Below the pieces are notes generated by a model. It had not been told where the DNA came from. It ran no database searches and worked only from the letters and a program-made list of their open reading frames with translations. A stretch of 64,000 nucleotides of DNA from Entomortierella parvispora E1425 (lineage: Eukaryota; Fungi; Mortierellomycota), in assembly GCA_020891255.1 (NCBI GenBank), contig BQFW01000015.1, positions 930,001 through 994,000 of the forward strand, in the 5' to 3' direction. The position numbers were made by a program, and so were the translations under genes. This document shows, in pieces, positions 50,955-62,586 of the stretch (positions are counted from its first letter, which is position 1; the number at the start of each line of letters is the position of its first letter).

Positions 50955-51745
50955 AGGATGACCGATTCTGTGCAATAACCCTTCTACAGACGAACTTCTC
51001 GAAATGAATAATTTCGTTTTATGGTAGTTCATTATGTATAATATATTTGTGTTATTGTGTTTGTGCTGTTCAACATTTCTACGAGAATTGAGGCGTAGGT
51101 ACATATAGCTACAAGGTCGGAGGTCCACTGCCGCTGCCGCTGCGGTACTTTGATCTTGAGTTTGCAAAGAACGCCTCCGCGAAGGATTCCAGGTGGATGA
51201 ATTCACCTTTTACGTACCCAGACACCGTCCGATATCCCTCCACCTCTTCTTCTGAAGGCGGAAAGAACAAGGTCATGAACTGTACGCGTTTAACTGTCGA
51301 TACGGGTCGAGGCGCGAACGAGACGATTAATCCCAATGTCCTGATCCAGAATCCGAGGTACGGACGTGGAAATCGTGAGAGTGCCTACGAGATTGAAAAC
51401 GTAGGCGGGTACGAGATCATTGTGGTTGGAAACGACAAGAGCTAGGACGACTCTATGGCCAGCTTAGAGTTTGTCCGGCCCCTGAGCTCGATGACGGCTC
51501 AAACATGTACTCGAACACGGAGTACTGGTGCGACAATATGTTTGTCGAGGTCACAGCTAAAAGCTACGACCCGCCACCAATCTACTTCAGAAGCAGTCAC
51601 TTGTTTTTTTTTGGCTCCGCCCAAAAGTGCATGCTCTTTCCTGCCACCCCATTGACTTGACGCTGCCCTTCATCTTGCTGTTTTCACTCCATCACTCCAT
51701 CCTGCGTTTATCTACTCGCCTTTGTTCACACCATCCTTTTTTTTT

Positions 51746-53862
51746 ATGCTCGGCCTGAACGGACTTCGACTGATTCAGAAGCGCCTCTCTGTCCTTGGCC
51801 GCACCTTTCCTCAGCCTTCACCCCGCTGCTCTATGAGCTCCATCTCCCCCATGGTCCACGACACTACTAGCCTCTTGCCAGAAACCATGTCCCCTACTGT
51901 AACCTCCTCCCCGACGGCTACCACCGTTGATATTGATGCGATGGACAGTCTGTCCCTTAAAGAAACTACGACCCCTGGATCGCAACGCTCCGCTTCAGGG
52001 CGAGCCTTGGTTCCACGCCGGATCAGCAAGCCTATCGCTGTTGCCCCCATGGTTGATGTCACTACCTCGGTAAATGAAGCAGCAGGGATCAGGTCTACTT
52101 TCTGCCAAAAGAAACTACTGAGAGAAGCAGAAGAGAGGAAGAACCAAAGGAGCAGTAAGCATATCGACGACTAATTTTTTTTGTTTTCTTTTTTTTCCTT
52201 TTTTTTTTTTTTTTTTTTTTTTTTGAATTGTATCTCAATAGCATTTCCTTCATCTCTGCAGGATTATCTCGCCCAACTTCACCCTTTACACAGAAATGAT
52301 CCACTGCAATGCGTTAATCTATAACCCAAAGGACCTTTACAACTTTTTTGGCGAACCTTGGGAGGGCAAAATTGTTCAGCTTGGAGGATCAGATCTGGAA
52401 GCAATGGCCAAGGCTGCAAAGCTGGTTCAGGACAATGGATACAAGGAGATCAACTTGAACGGTTCGTGAGCTACTCTCTCGTCATGTGTGCCATCTTTTG
52501 TTCTGTGGATCATGAGTCAAAGATTAATCTCCCTCTCTATTATCTTCGTGAAATAGTGGGTTGCCCTAGTCCACGGGTACAGAAAGGGGCCTTTGGTGCG
52601 ATTCTGATGAAGACACCGACGACAGTTGTTGATATTATTCAGGAAATGGTGAAGATTGGGGTCACTATCCCGATTACTGTCAAGTGCCGCATAGGAGTCG
52701 ACAATTTGGATTCTTACGAATACCTCTATGACTTTGTAAGAGATCCGATCCAACCATCTATGAAGGACTAGGGTCCAGCTGCTCATGAAATACTCACTGA
52801 TTTTTGTTTCTACGATTTATAGATCAAACTTATTTCGACAACGACACCTGTGACACATTTTATTGTCCATGCGCGGAAATGTTGGCTGAAAGGGCTATCA
52901 CCAAAGCAAAATCGAAGTATTCCACCTTTGAAGCACGAAGTTGTATATCAGGTAAGAGACGACAAAGAGTATCAGAGAGGCATCCTAAGGATTATACGAT
53001 GCCAAGACATGTTTGGTGATATACAAACATTGCTCTCTTCATTGTCCCTAACGCAGCCCTATCTCATTCACTCACTGCGTAACGACCTAGTTGGCGAAGG
53101 ACTTTCCGCATCTAACGATCACTATCAACGGAGGGTTCAATACAAGTACCCAGATCAAGGAACAGTTGAACTTGGTAGACGGCGTCATGATCGGACGAGA
53201 AGGTAAGTTGCCTTGGATATACGGTTTAATACTGTGGCAACTCGTCTGCAAAGATCTAATGGTTTTCCTTTTGTGCCCTTTATACATCGCTCATAGTCAT
53301 GGACAGACCCATGTTTTTAGCCAGGGTTGATGCTGGTAATGACGACTGCTCAGTTAATGGTCATATTAACTGCTCTCATGACCTGTTTTCTGATCTTTTT
53401 TGTCTTTTCATTTTTGTTAGCCTACCACAATGTTCCCCCAGAGAACATCAAAAGCACAGAAGAGGTCATTGACGAATTTTTAGGTATATTCCGCACCGAA
53501 TCGATCACAAAGGGTCTGATTTTCTCCATGCAGGATTATAACCTATTTCCCTCCACTATGATATAATAGACTATGTTCTTTCAGAGCACGAACGTGGTAC
53601 TCCTCACTCCAACTCAGTGGTTATGGCACCCTTAAAGATGCTGTATGGAGGCCGCCGAGGAAAAGAATATCGCCGTCGGCTGGCCGCCTTGATCCTTCCT
53701 CGGACCAAACCTCTACCGGATATTGTCGCAGACATGAGGCAAATGATGCAGGAGATGGACTTTTCAAGACCTTCAGACGGAGAGTCTGAAGCTGAAGACG
53801 ATCTGGAAAATGACAAGGACCTGGAGAAACCAGCGTCACCATTGACCAGCTGTGCACAATAG
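51746..53862 (+). CDS. dusA: tRNA-dihydrouridine synthase of bacterial DusA type with putative mitochondrial presequence
   Basis: APMVD, YTEM, QLGGSD, EINLN|[76 protein letters not shown]; multi-exon. Confidence 0.85.
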
Positions 53863-54026
53863 CTTTCATCCCGATACCATTTTAATGTAGAAAACATCGC
53901 CTTAATGTACCAGTTTCAACTGTAACAACTATTGCAATTTATTTCAGAATGCACAGAGCTTTCGTCCTCAAGCACTTGAAATCTCATTCGATTCGCCAAA
54001 CCATTAAATAAGCAAATGCTCAAACG

Positions 54027-55547
54027 TTATTGTCTGGCCTTCTCGTTCTCCAGGCGCTGGTACAGCATGTAGATTGCCATCTGGTTCGACTCGGGGGTTC
54101 CTGTGACGGTGACCAGACGCTCATTGCCTCCATTGTTCAAAGGCTCCGAGATCTTGATATGTGATCCAGACATCTGACGGATTTCATTAATCTTGGAACC
54201 ACCCTTGCCAATGACCGATCCGACCATGTCGTTGGGGATGTAAATTTGTTGGGCAACAGATCCATGAGGAATCATGGGTCCTCCACCTCCATGATGACCG
54301 CCGCTTCCGCTCCGCGAGGACGATGAGGATGAGGATGGGTGTCCCATGTAGTCCTGGCCATATCCGCCCATTCCTCCCTGTCCTGGGTATCCACCATAGT
54401 AAGACTGATGGTGGTGAGAAGAGGGGCCATGGGATGGGTATCCACCCATGCCTGAAGGACCGCCGGGGTAACCTCCAGCGCCGCCGCTACGACCCATAGG
54501 TCTGTAGGGGATAACATTAGCGGTCCGGTCACGCTCGCTGTGCTCCTGCAAGACGACACCCACGTGGTAGACTGCGATATGGATGGCATCAGGAACACCT
54601 GTGATGGTAATTGTGCGCTCTGTCGAAGCAGGCAAGATCTCCTCGGATGCCACCAAACGCGCGCCAGAAGCATCCTGAATCTCCTTGATCTTGGATCCAG
54701 CCTTGCCAATCACAGAGCCCATACGATGGTGAGAAACCAACAAGCGGATCGCGGTCGATTCTGTCTCGGGGGCCGCATCGGGCTCAATGTGCTCAGCAAT
54801 CACTTTTTGCGCCACCAAAGAGTATGCCTAGACATTTACATAAAAAAAATAAAAAAAGGACGGTTGGCCCACAACTCCTACAACAAAAACAACCCATCGT
54901 TGACACGAGCGATTCGACATAAACGAGAGGTTCTTAATTACCTTGGCGACGGTATCAAGGGGTCCAGAGACGGTCAAGATACGCTCGTAAGCACCAGGAA
55001 TCATCTCAGAGATAGTGACTTTGGCTCCCGACTGCTCACGGATCTCGCTGACATTCTTGCCAGACTTTCCAATAATGACACCAGCATCCTTGGTCGAGAC
55101 AATCGATCTCAAAGCAGTTGTTGGAGGGATATCGCCTTCGACAGCAGCGTCATGTCGGCGAGCTATTTACAGTTATCGAGTCCAACCGTTCAATTGGGGA
55201 AAAAAAAGATTAGTTGAAATTACAGAATGTTTAGGATTTCTAGGACTCTCAGGATGATTTATCTACAGGCAAGATGAAAAGGAGGCGGGAAAACACTTAC
55301 AGCCATCATCAGAATCCCGGCGGCGGTGTTGGGGGCGCTGAGGAGAGGACGAATCAGACTCATTGACGGCAGCGCGTTTATGTCTACGGTCTTCGGCATC
55401 CGAATCATGCTCATCAGAATCATCAAGAGCTCTTTTCTTGTCGCGATCTTCTGAAGTGGCAGTGACAGCAGCAGACCCATCAGCAACGGGGGCAGTCGAG
55501 TCGACATCGGCCGACGCGGTGGCAAGGGACTTTTCGGTATCAGACAT
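54027..55547 (-). CDS. Triple-KH RNA-binding protein (hnRNP K/PCBP, Pbp2/Rnc1-like)
   Basis: Three GxxG loops: IIGKSGKNV, VIGKAGSKI, VIGKGGSKI; three exons. Confidence 0.92.
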
Positions 55548-56608
55548 GGTTGGTTGGATTGGAAGAAAAGTACGAATAGTTCGGGGTAGGTGTCTCTCTG
55601 ATCAGTGTGTTGAAAAGAAGCACAGAAGACAGTTGTTCAAGGACTCGTAGGGGACTCGGGGGACTCGGAAATGGGTGGACGGATTTGTGTTTGAGGATAG
55701 AAGCACGGTGAAGTGGTGGCTATCGCTTGCAAGGTGGAGGATAGATGATGGCGACGAGCTGGATGATAGAACGCGGGGCAAGGTGGGGAGGGGAGGAAAC
55801 GTTGCGGGTTTGTGTGAGCAGGGATGGTCAGTTTGATCGTGAGAGAAAGAGAAAGAGAGAAAAGCGAAAACAAGTAGCCATTGAAAGAGGAAAGAACAAA
55901 GCGACAGAAAACACAAGAGTCCGCAAGAACTAATGCCTGGCCTGCTGGGTGATATAGGAGACCAAGCAACACAAACATAACAACCATCAACGATGGTCAT
56001 CGGCCTACGGCGATACCAATGGCATTACGCATTCTTGAGCCAGAATTCACTGGTAGAACGAAAGGTCTCCAATCCTGCTTGGTGTAGACATTCTTAACAT
56101 GTTCACCGTTTGGATCTGGCAGTCATCTCCGTGATTGAACGATTCACGATTGTGTCCTATGATCGTGGTGGGCAGTGCAATCATCTTTCCTGGCGAGCAG
56201 AAAGAGTCGCGGCACATGCCAGCAAGGCAGACATTGACATATTACCGATGAGAGGATGATCCTGGGCTGGGGTGCAAAGGACAGGGCGATAAAGTAACAG
56301 GGAGGAGAGAATGCTGATCCTCGCACATCGTCACTGCTCAGGGTGTATGTGTGCACCACACACGTCCACTCGCCAGTCACTCGATCGGATCGTCTGCCGC
56401 CCCTTAAGACACGCGACAGAGCGCATTCTTCTCCATGCCATCGAAAAAAAAGGTGCCCTCCTTTCTTTCCTTCAAGTCTCGACCCCCCTCTCTCGCTCGC
56501 GCAGATGACACTCCTGGCAGGATCCTGCTGCGACTCTTTTGGTCCCCGCCTCGGTCTTTCTCTACCTTACCATCTTTAACAACACTCTTGCCAAACCGAC
56601 TTGTAACC

Positions 56609-56688
56609 AATCTGGACAATCTGGACTATCTAGTCAGGGTTGGTATCAGGGATTTTCTGGTCAGGATTGGTACGAGGGACTTTCTGGT
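56609..56688. repeat. Degenerate 9/27-nt tandem repeat
   Basis: caatctgga x2, then ggactatctagtcagggttggtatcag / ggattttctggtcaggattggtacgag / ggactttctggt. Confidence 0.65.
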
Positions 56689-56748
56689 TTATCTAAGACT
56701 CTGATCCTCCTTGCAACACGCTACCGGCACCACTGGTACACGCTACCG

Positions 56749-57334
56749 TTTTTTTTTTTTTTTTTTTTTTGCACATTTTATTTGCTATGTCGAGCCAAAG
56801 AAGTGAAGTGCGAGACCAAACTATCTACAACCTGAGCAAAGCCGCGTGGTCCAGACGACAAATGACCCCGGATCCCCGCGCAACAAATGCCACGACTCGT
56901 CGCCGTGTTATAAAGAAGAGTAAAATGTTACAAAAAATGGATCTTCCCCATCTTTTCTAATGTCGATAAGTGAACCTGGCCACGCACACAAGCCAGTAGT
57001 CGCTGGTCAGCCAGCGTAGGATCGTCTTGGGCACCTGGGCAGAGGCCTTTGTGGTGGTCAGTGTAAGCCTTGCCGCATTGGCAGGTGCCTGGCGCAAGGA
57101 TCGCACCAGAGGCATTGTTCCACGGCTGCCCCGACGGGGCTGCTTGTTTTTTCATCTTGGGGCGGATGCCTTGTGACTTCTCCCAGGCAATGGTGACTTC
57201 GCACCGTGTCTTCCAGATACGTGCAAGGGCGTCTCTGTCCAGGCGGCGGATAAACTGGTGAGCAACTGCGACCACAACCGAGCGGGGTCCTTTAATAACC
57301 GGTGTCCAGGCTGTGATCAGCGCCGAGTGTAACA
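56749..57334 (-). mobile_element. Short 5'-truncated non-LTR retrotransposon copy (end of ORF, 3' UTR, 22-nt poly(A))
   Basis: PolyT 56749-56770; 3' UTR nearly identical to that of the long copy; ORF end ..CQCGKAYTDHHKGLCP..KIHFL*. Confidence 0.92.
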
Positions 57335-57349
57335 GTGACCCCGGATCCC

Positions 57350-57351
<2 letters not shown>
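57335..57351. repeat. Target-site duplication, left copy: GTGACCCCGGATCCCGG
   Basis: Directly abuts the long copy's polyT; identical to 62587-62603. Confidence 0.9.
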
Positions 57352-57388
<37 letters not shown>

Positions 57389-57545
57389 AACATTTTATTT
57401 GCTATGTCGAGCCAAAGAAGTGAAGTGCTAGACCAAACTATCTACAACCTGAGCAAAGCCGCGTGGTCCAGACGAACAAAAGACCCCGGATCCCCGCGCA
57501 ACAAATGCCACGGCTCGTCACCGTGTAATAAAGAAGAGTAAAATG

Positions 57546-58364
57546 TTACAAAAAATGGATCTTCCCCATCTTTTCTAATGTCGATAAGTGAACCTGGCCA
57601 CGTACACAAGCCAGTAAGCGCTGGTCAGCCAGCGTGGGATTGTCTTGGGCACCAGGGCAGAGGCCTTGATGGTGGTCGGTGTTAGGCTTTCCGCATTGGC
57701 AAGTGTCCGGTGGTAAGATCGTACCAGAGGCATTGTTCCACGGTTGCCCAGTCTGGGCTTGCTTCTTCATCTTGGGGCGGATACCTTGTGTCTTCTCCCA
57801 TGCAATAGTCACTTCGCAGCGCGTCTTCCAGAGCCGAGCTAAGGCATCCCTGTCCAGACGACGAATAAACTGATGAGCAACGGCGACCACGACAGAGCGA
57901 GGGCCTTTAATAATTGGCCTCCAGGCCTCGATCAGAGCCGAATGGAGCAGTCCTTGGTAAGCAGTGACGACAGAACAAGCCGATGCCAACGGAGCTTTGA
58001 GCTGTCCCTGCTCAGGGGGTCGGAAGGCTGACAAGTCATGAAAAGCAGAGTAAAGTGATGCCCACAAGAGCGTGTCCGATGGTTGGTACCATTGGAGTCG
58101 TTTCGGGGCTGCAACGTTGGGTGTGCGGGCTTGTTGCTTGCGATGTCTGGTGTCAGCGTCCTCATTGGCTTTCCTGATAGCGGCCCTGCCCCACTTTGGT
58201 ATTGAAGCCACCGCATCCGCCCAAATCAGTTGTTGTTGATTGTATGAGTTTGGACAAGTCCACACATGGTCGTTGTCCTCTGGGGCTGCACGACACAGGC
58301 AACAGAGTGCGTCTGCGTACATATCTGGGTGTCGCGCCTGCATGACTGTGAGTGTCGGAAGCAT
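57546..58364 (-). CDS. Retrotransposon C-terminal region (CCLC..EDNDHVWTC zinc knuckle; CQC..H..C)
   Basis: 272-aa ORF continuing the polyprotein after a 1-nt shift. Confidence 0.8.
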   Translation of the reverse strand: MLPTLTVMQARHPDMYADALCCLCRAAPEDNDHVWTCPNSYNQQQLIWADAVASIPKWGRAAIRKANEDADTRHRKQQARTPNVAAPKRLQWYQPSDTLLWASLYSAFHDLSAFRPPEQGQLKAPLASACSVVTAYQGLLHSALIEAWRPIIKGPRSVVVAVAHQFIRRLDRDALARLWKTRCEVTIAWEKTQGIRPKMKKQAQTGQPWNNASGTILPPDTCQCGKPNTDHHQGLCPGAQDNPTLADQRLLACVRGQVHLSTLEKMGKIHFL

Positions 58365-61300
58365 CCCATGGAGTTTTTTTGATGTGCTGTGTGCGTCGAG
58401 ACGTGTCCCCGCGGCTGCTGAAGAAAGTATGGACTGGCCGTTTGTCGTGGATGATCGAAAGAGCAGATCGCCACTCCACGTCGGTCAAGTCACTAATAGA
58501 TCGCTTGACACGTTTCTGCGCTGTCCACTGTTGATGTCGACGGATAGTAGTCTGCTGTTTAAGAAACTGCCGCAAATCTGACTCCAGTTGTTGACCGTGG
58601 CACGAGGCTGTGAAGGTAATGTCGTTTTGAGTGCTGAAGTCCGCATGCCATGGTGTCGTGTCCTGCTCGACAGCGTTGGTAGCAATCGCGTCAGCCATAT
58701 CGTTTCCCTTGTCACCACTGTGTCCTCGAACCCATTGCACCGCTGTCCGGCCCTCTCGTTCTGCCACCACTGTCGCCAAAACTGCCCAGAGGCATGCATG
58801 TGTTGCCCGTTGTCGCTTTCGTGGAAGTGTTTTGTGCCGGTCCAGGACTAAGTCGTGATATTGAGTAACGACACCCTCATTGTCGAGGCGGACCAAAATG
58901 TCTTGCCCTGGAGGCATGGCGACGATCGCAGCAATAAGTCCCATAAGCTCGGCTTTGCCAGAAGAGGCTTGTCCATCTGTGCGGCCAGGGATAGAGTAAG
59001 AGGTGTCCGTGGAAAAGTCAGCCACGCCAAAGGCCATAGCGCACTCTTCAGTACCTGCTCGGACCATCGAGCCGTCCGAGTATAGGACTCGCTGGTCTTG
59101 TGTGATTGGTGATTGACGAAGCTGGTGTAAGAGTTCGGCTTGGGTTCGGGGCATCCACAGCGGGCCTACTTTGACAAGGTGGTTTTGCTGTGGGAGAGGT
59201 AAAGTAGGAGGTGAAATGTGAAGAGTATGAACAACACTTGGATCAATGGTGACCGTAAGTGGATGTTGGTGCCGTCCAATACGTTCTCTGTTGGTGATCA
59301 CATCCTGGTCCCGCTCCTCCGCAGCCCAGGAGATGTACTCGGCTCTGATAAGCTGCCTTTCTTCTGCCGCCTCCAGGTGTTGTTGGTGTTTGTTGTCTGC
59401 GTAGTCGTGTGCGTCCTGGATTTTGTGAGCAAGTCTATCTGCAATGTGTCCGAGCTGGATCTGAGCACGAGCCTGCAACACTCGGAGCCCCCGCTTGGCA
59501 ATACTCTCGGCCGCTTTGATGGCCTCGGCTAACCTTTGCGGGTTCTTGGCTAGTTGGCGGCGGTAACGGGCAGCATGGACCTGAAGTTCTTGACGCCTCT
59601 TATCCACTGCAGACTGCAACTCTTGAATGATCTTGGTCCGGGCAGGAATAGTGCCCACGTCGGCTGCATTGAGCCGTGAGGTCAGCTCGTCGTCAAGCCA
59701 GCGTGATTCAGCTCGCAACAACGCGTCTGCCTCTGGTGGCAGTCGCGCCAAGTACGTCGTAGGCGGGGTGTCAACGACAAAGTTGTTGTTAGCATCTATA
59801 CTAGCAGAGACTGAACGCGAGACATTGGTTAAGCCGACAGTAGTTGCGGTGTCAGGAAAGAGACGGCGGAGGGTAGGGGCTGCAACAAAGTAAGGTGAAA
59901 TAGAAGAAAACTGAGAAGACAAAGATTGCGAAGATAACGGTGCTGATAAGGATGGAGAAGAAGGTGATGGTGAACAGATAGGTGACGATGGAACAATAAC
60001 AGGGAGGGGTGAAGGGGGTGAAAAGGAAGGGTCGCTTACTCCCGAAGACAGTGACGAAGAAGATAGAGAAGAAGAAGGTGACGATGAAGAAGGTGCAAAT
60101 GAAGAAGAAGAAGAAGAAGATGAAGAAGAAGAAGAAGAAGAAGAAGGAGACAAAAAAGAAGAAGGAAGGGAGCGCGACCTGGGCTCGTATGGTCCCTTTT
60201 TCTCTTTTGGCTCTTTTTTTGTTGTCTGGTCTTTTTGGCTGTGAGGGTGTGCAGACCGTGCAGTAGGTGGGTTGTGCCTTGCCTTTTGTGGGATGGGGTG
60301 ACGTGAGCCTTTTTGTTGTTGTTTGGGTTCTTTTGCCTCTTTTTGTTGTTTCTTTTTGTCCTGCACGGTCTTGTTTGCATCTTGTCCACACTCCCCACTC
60401 TTGTTCCGCACCACCGTTCCCACGCGCGCCTCGCTCCAGTCCTCTTCCTCTTGAACCTGCTCGCGCGCTGCCTCTTTTCCTTTTGGGCTCCGTGGTCCTC
60501 TTGGTATCTCATCGTCCTGCTCCTCTCCCGACGACTCTTGATCCGTGAACGCCATATCCATCTCCCAGATCACCTCTTCTACAACCTCTGCGCCGTTGCC
60601 GTCGCTGGGGCTGTGGTCCGCACTCTGTTCTAATGAATACAATTGGGTAAGTGTGTCTTTGTTTTTGTCTGGCTTTGGTCGTTGTTCTTCATCTTTCCGC
60701 TTGAACGAATGAGTCACTGCCGTAGCAGCTGTTGTAGACACTGCCTTTTGAAGTTCGTTTTTGTTTATACTCACTCGCTCAAGATCACCTGTAGTTGTTG
60801 TGGAGGCCTCCTCTGCCCGGAGCAGAGCACGACGCAGGATGCGTGGATCAATCAACGGCTCTGAATCGGTATCGGACAACTCGTACACGCTGGATGTCGC
60901 GGACAGAGTTGTGGCGGGTGCGTTGTCCTCGTTCGTTTCGGCAGAATCAGAGTCGCTGGCATCAGGAGGTGTGCAGAGATGGACAGTGAGAGCAGCGTAC
61001 CATGCACGCATCCCGCCAGACAGGCGGTGTCGGTCCTTGAGATCGCGCCAAGATGCAAGGTGGGATCCATCCTCAGTAACAACGTCGTGCAGGAATACAA
61101 TGCCGTCGCGGAAGAGTTGTGGGCCGATTTTGAAGTATGCTTGGGCAGGGATAAGTGTCGACAGCAGTGTAGATGGCGGGTACTGCGGGAGTTGGACAGG
61201 AGCGATTGTAATGGCCCGGTCAACCAAGAGCCCACAAACCTTGGCGAGAAAATGGTGCTTCTTGACCAGACATGAGCGGTCCGGGGCTTCGAGCGGGTGT

Positions 61301-62577
61301 TGTACAATAGCAGCAGCAGCTTGCAGAGATGAGAAACGAGCAGCCATGACTCTGCCCACCAGACCCTTGTCTTGTATGCGAAGGAGGACTGTCGAAATTT
61401 GCTCCTCAGCCTGCACGTCACCAAAGTGGCGGAGGCCATACAATCGACGGTGGAAGAGGATACTATTGGGCGTGCCAGCCGGAAGACCCACTTTGTGCCG
61501 AATCATAGTCGTATACCGCGAAACTATCGAGGTAACTTCAGAAGGTGAGAGGATTGTGACTGAAAGACGATACAAGATCCGTGGAATTAACACATTATTA
61601 ACCAAGTAAATGGCCTGTTTGTCTGTGACAGCGCGGCGCGAGAGGACGGCACACAAGGATGAAACTTCCTCCATGACCATTCGCTTAGTCGACTTCGGGA
61701 TCCCGTCTTCAGTGAACCACACCCCAAGGGAGCGGACGGCTGTGGTGGAGTTGTGGGCTTGTACAGTTGCGTCGCCAATAGTGATACTGCGGTCGTCTGT
61801 GGAGGCGTTGATGACAATGAGTTCAGTCTTTTTGGGATTAATCTCGATGGCGTTCAAGGTGAAGAATTCTACCGCCACATCCACTGTTTGTTGCATGTTG
61901 GCCTGGGATGGGGCGTAAAAGTTGGTGTCGTCCACGAAGGCGCCTGCTGACACCTGAACTGCAGTGTCCGAGGGATCCTCCAAAAGCCTGGGAAGCCGAC
62001 GCTGGTCTACCAACGAATTGTGTCGCGTTATCACATAACCGAGTCCCGCCTCCATCACTGCATCTAAAAGGACGTCGTAGCAAATAAGCCAGAGGATAGG
62101 ACATTCAACACCACCCTGATCAAGGCCGCAGCGAGGGTGATATGGTGCCGTCATTCCAAAGGCCGTAATAACTTGGTTGGTTTTCTCGGTTGCAATGGTC
62201 GTGCAGAGCTGGATGAACATTGGATGGATCCGAAGACGTCTCAGGCTACGTTCAAGGGTCTGGCCCGGTCCGCAGGTTACAGAGTCAAAACAGCGGCGGA
62301 TGTCCTGGAAGAGTATCCATGCTTCCTTATTGTGCTCCCGAGCATCTTCCATCACCGCATTGAGGATGTGAATTGGATCCTTAGTGGTAGTGCCCGGAAG
62401 CACTGAGAAATTCGCGCCACGCAGGACCCTATGTGTAGTTAGAACGACGACCATGCGGTCAACCAGAATGGAGAACAGGATTTTGCGCCCATGTTCCAGT
62501 AATGTCAAGGGACGGACGTCTGTCAAGCGACCTGTCCAGCAAGGCCCTTTGGGGATGCAGTACAGAAGGCCTTTCAT
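58162..62577 (-). CDS. Retrotransposon polyprotein: RT, long disordered insertion, RNase H
   Basis: 1471-aa ORF; shifts frame near 58374-58380 into the zinc-knuckle ORF. Confidence 0.9.
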   Translation of the reverse strand: MKGLLYCIPKGPCWTGRLTDVRPLTLLEHGRKILFSILVDRMVVVLTTHRVLRGANFSVLPGTTTKDPIHILNAVMEDAREHNKEAWILFQDIRRCFDSVTCGPGQTLERSLRRLRIHPMFIQLCTTIATEKTNQVITAFGMTAPYHPRCGLDQGGVECPILWLICYDVLLDAVMEAGLGYVITRHNSLVDQRRLPRLLEDPSDTAVQVSAGAFVDDTNFYAPSQANMQQTVDVAVEFFTLNAIEINPKKTELIVINASTDDRSITIGDATVQAHNSTTAVRSLGVWFTEDGIPKSTKRMVMEEVSSLCAVLSRRAVTDKQAIYLVNNVLIPRILYRLSVTILSPSEVTSIVSRYTTMIRHKVGLPAGTPNSILFHRRLYGLRHFGDVQAEEQISTVLLRIQDKGLVGRVMAARFSSLQAAAAIVQHPLEAPDRSCLVKKHHFLAKVCGLLVDRAITIAPVQLPQYPPSTLLSTLIPAQAYFKIGPQLFRDGIVFLHDVVTEDGSHLASWRDLKDRHRLSGGMRAWYAALTVHLCTPPDASDSDSAETNEDNAPATTLSATSSVYELSDTDSEPLIDPRILRRALLRAEEASTTTTGDLERVSINKNELQKAVSTTAATAVTHSFKRKDEEQRPKPDKNKDTLTQLYSLEQSADHSPSDGNGAEVVEEVIWEMDMAFTDQESSGEEQDDEIPRGPRSPKGKEAAREQVQEEEDWSEARVGTVVRNKSGECGQDANKTVQDKKKQQKEAKEPKQQQKGSRHPIPQKARHNPPTARSAHPHSQKDQTTKKEPKEKKGPYEPRSRSLPSSFLSPSSSSSSSSSSSSSSSFAPSSSSPSSSLSSSSLSSGVSDPSFSPPSPLPVIVPSSPICSPSPSSPSLSAPLSSQSLSSQFSSISPYFVAAPTLRRLFPDTATTVGLTNVSRSVSASIDANNNFVVDTPPTTYLARLPPEADALLRAESRWLDDELTSRLNAADVGTIPARTKIIQELQSAVDKRRQELQVHAARYRRQLAKNPQRLAEAIKAAESIAKRGLRVLQARAQIQLGHIADRLAHKIQDAHDYADNKHQQHLEAAEERQLIRAEYISWAAEERDQDVITNRERIGRHQHPLTVTIDPSVVHTLHISPPTLPLPQQNHLVKVGPLWMPRTQAELLHQLRQSPITQDQRVLYSDGSMVRAGTEECAMAFGVADFSTDTSYSIPGRTDGQASSGKAELMGLIAAIVAMPPGQDILVRLDNEGVVTQYHDLVLDRHKTLPRKRQRATHACLWAVLATVVAEREGRTAVQWVRGHSGDKGNDMADAIATNAVEQDTTPWHADFSTQNDITFTASCHGQQLESDLRQFLKQQTTIRRHQQWTAQKRVKRSISDLTDVEWRSALSIIHDKRPVHTFFSSRGDTSRRTQHIKKTPWDASDTHSHAGATPRYVRRRTLLPVSCSPRGQRPCVDLSKLIQSTTTDLGGCGGFNTKVGQGRYQESQ

Positions 62578-62586
62578 CCAAGATGC

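Larger units (their letters stand above)
57352..62586 (-). mobile_element. 5'-truncated non-LTR retrotransposon (RT + RNase H + C-terminal zinc knuckle), 35-nt poly(A), 17-bp TSD
   Basis: Begins inside RT (W..GLLYCIPK..W.G.L..VRPLTLLE); RT motifs DIRRCFDSV, GLDQGG, AFVDD; RNase H YSDGS/KAEL/RLDNE/VRGHSG..GNDMAD; no endonuclease present. Confidence 0.95.

Noticed and set aside
56609-56688. CRISPR-like array
   Set aside because: Eukaryotic context; degenerate tandem units without unique spacers.
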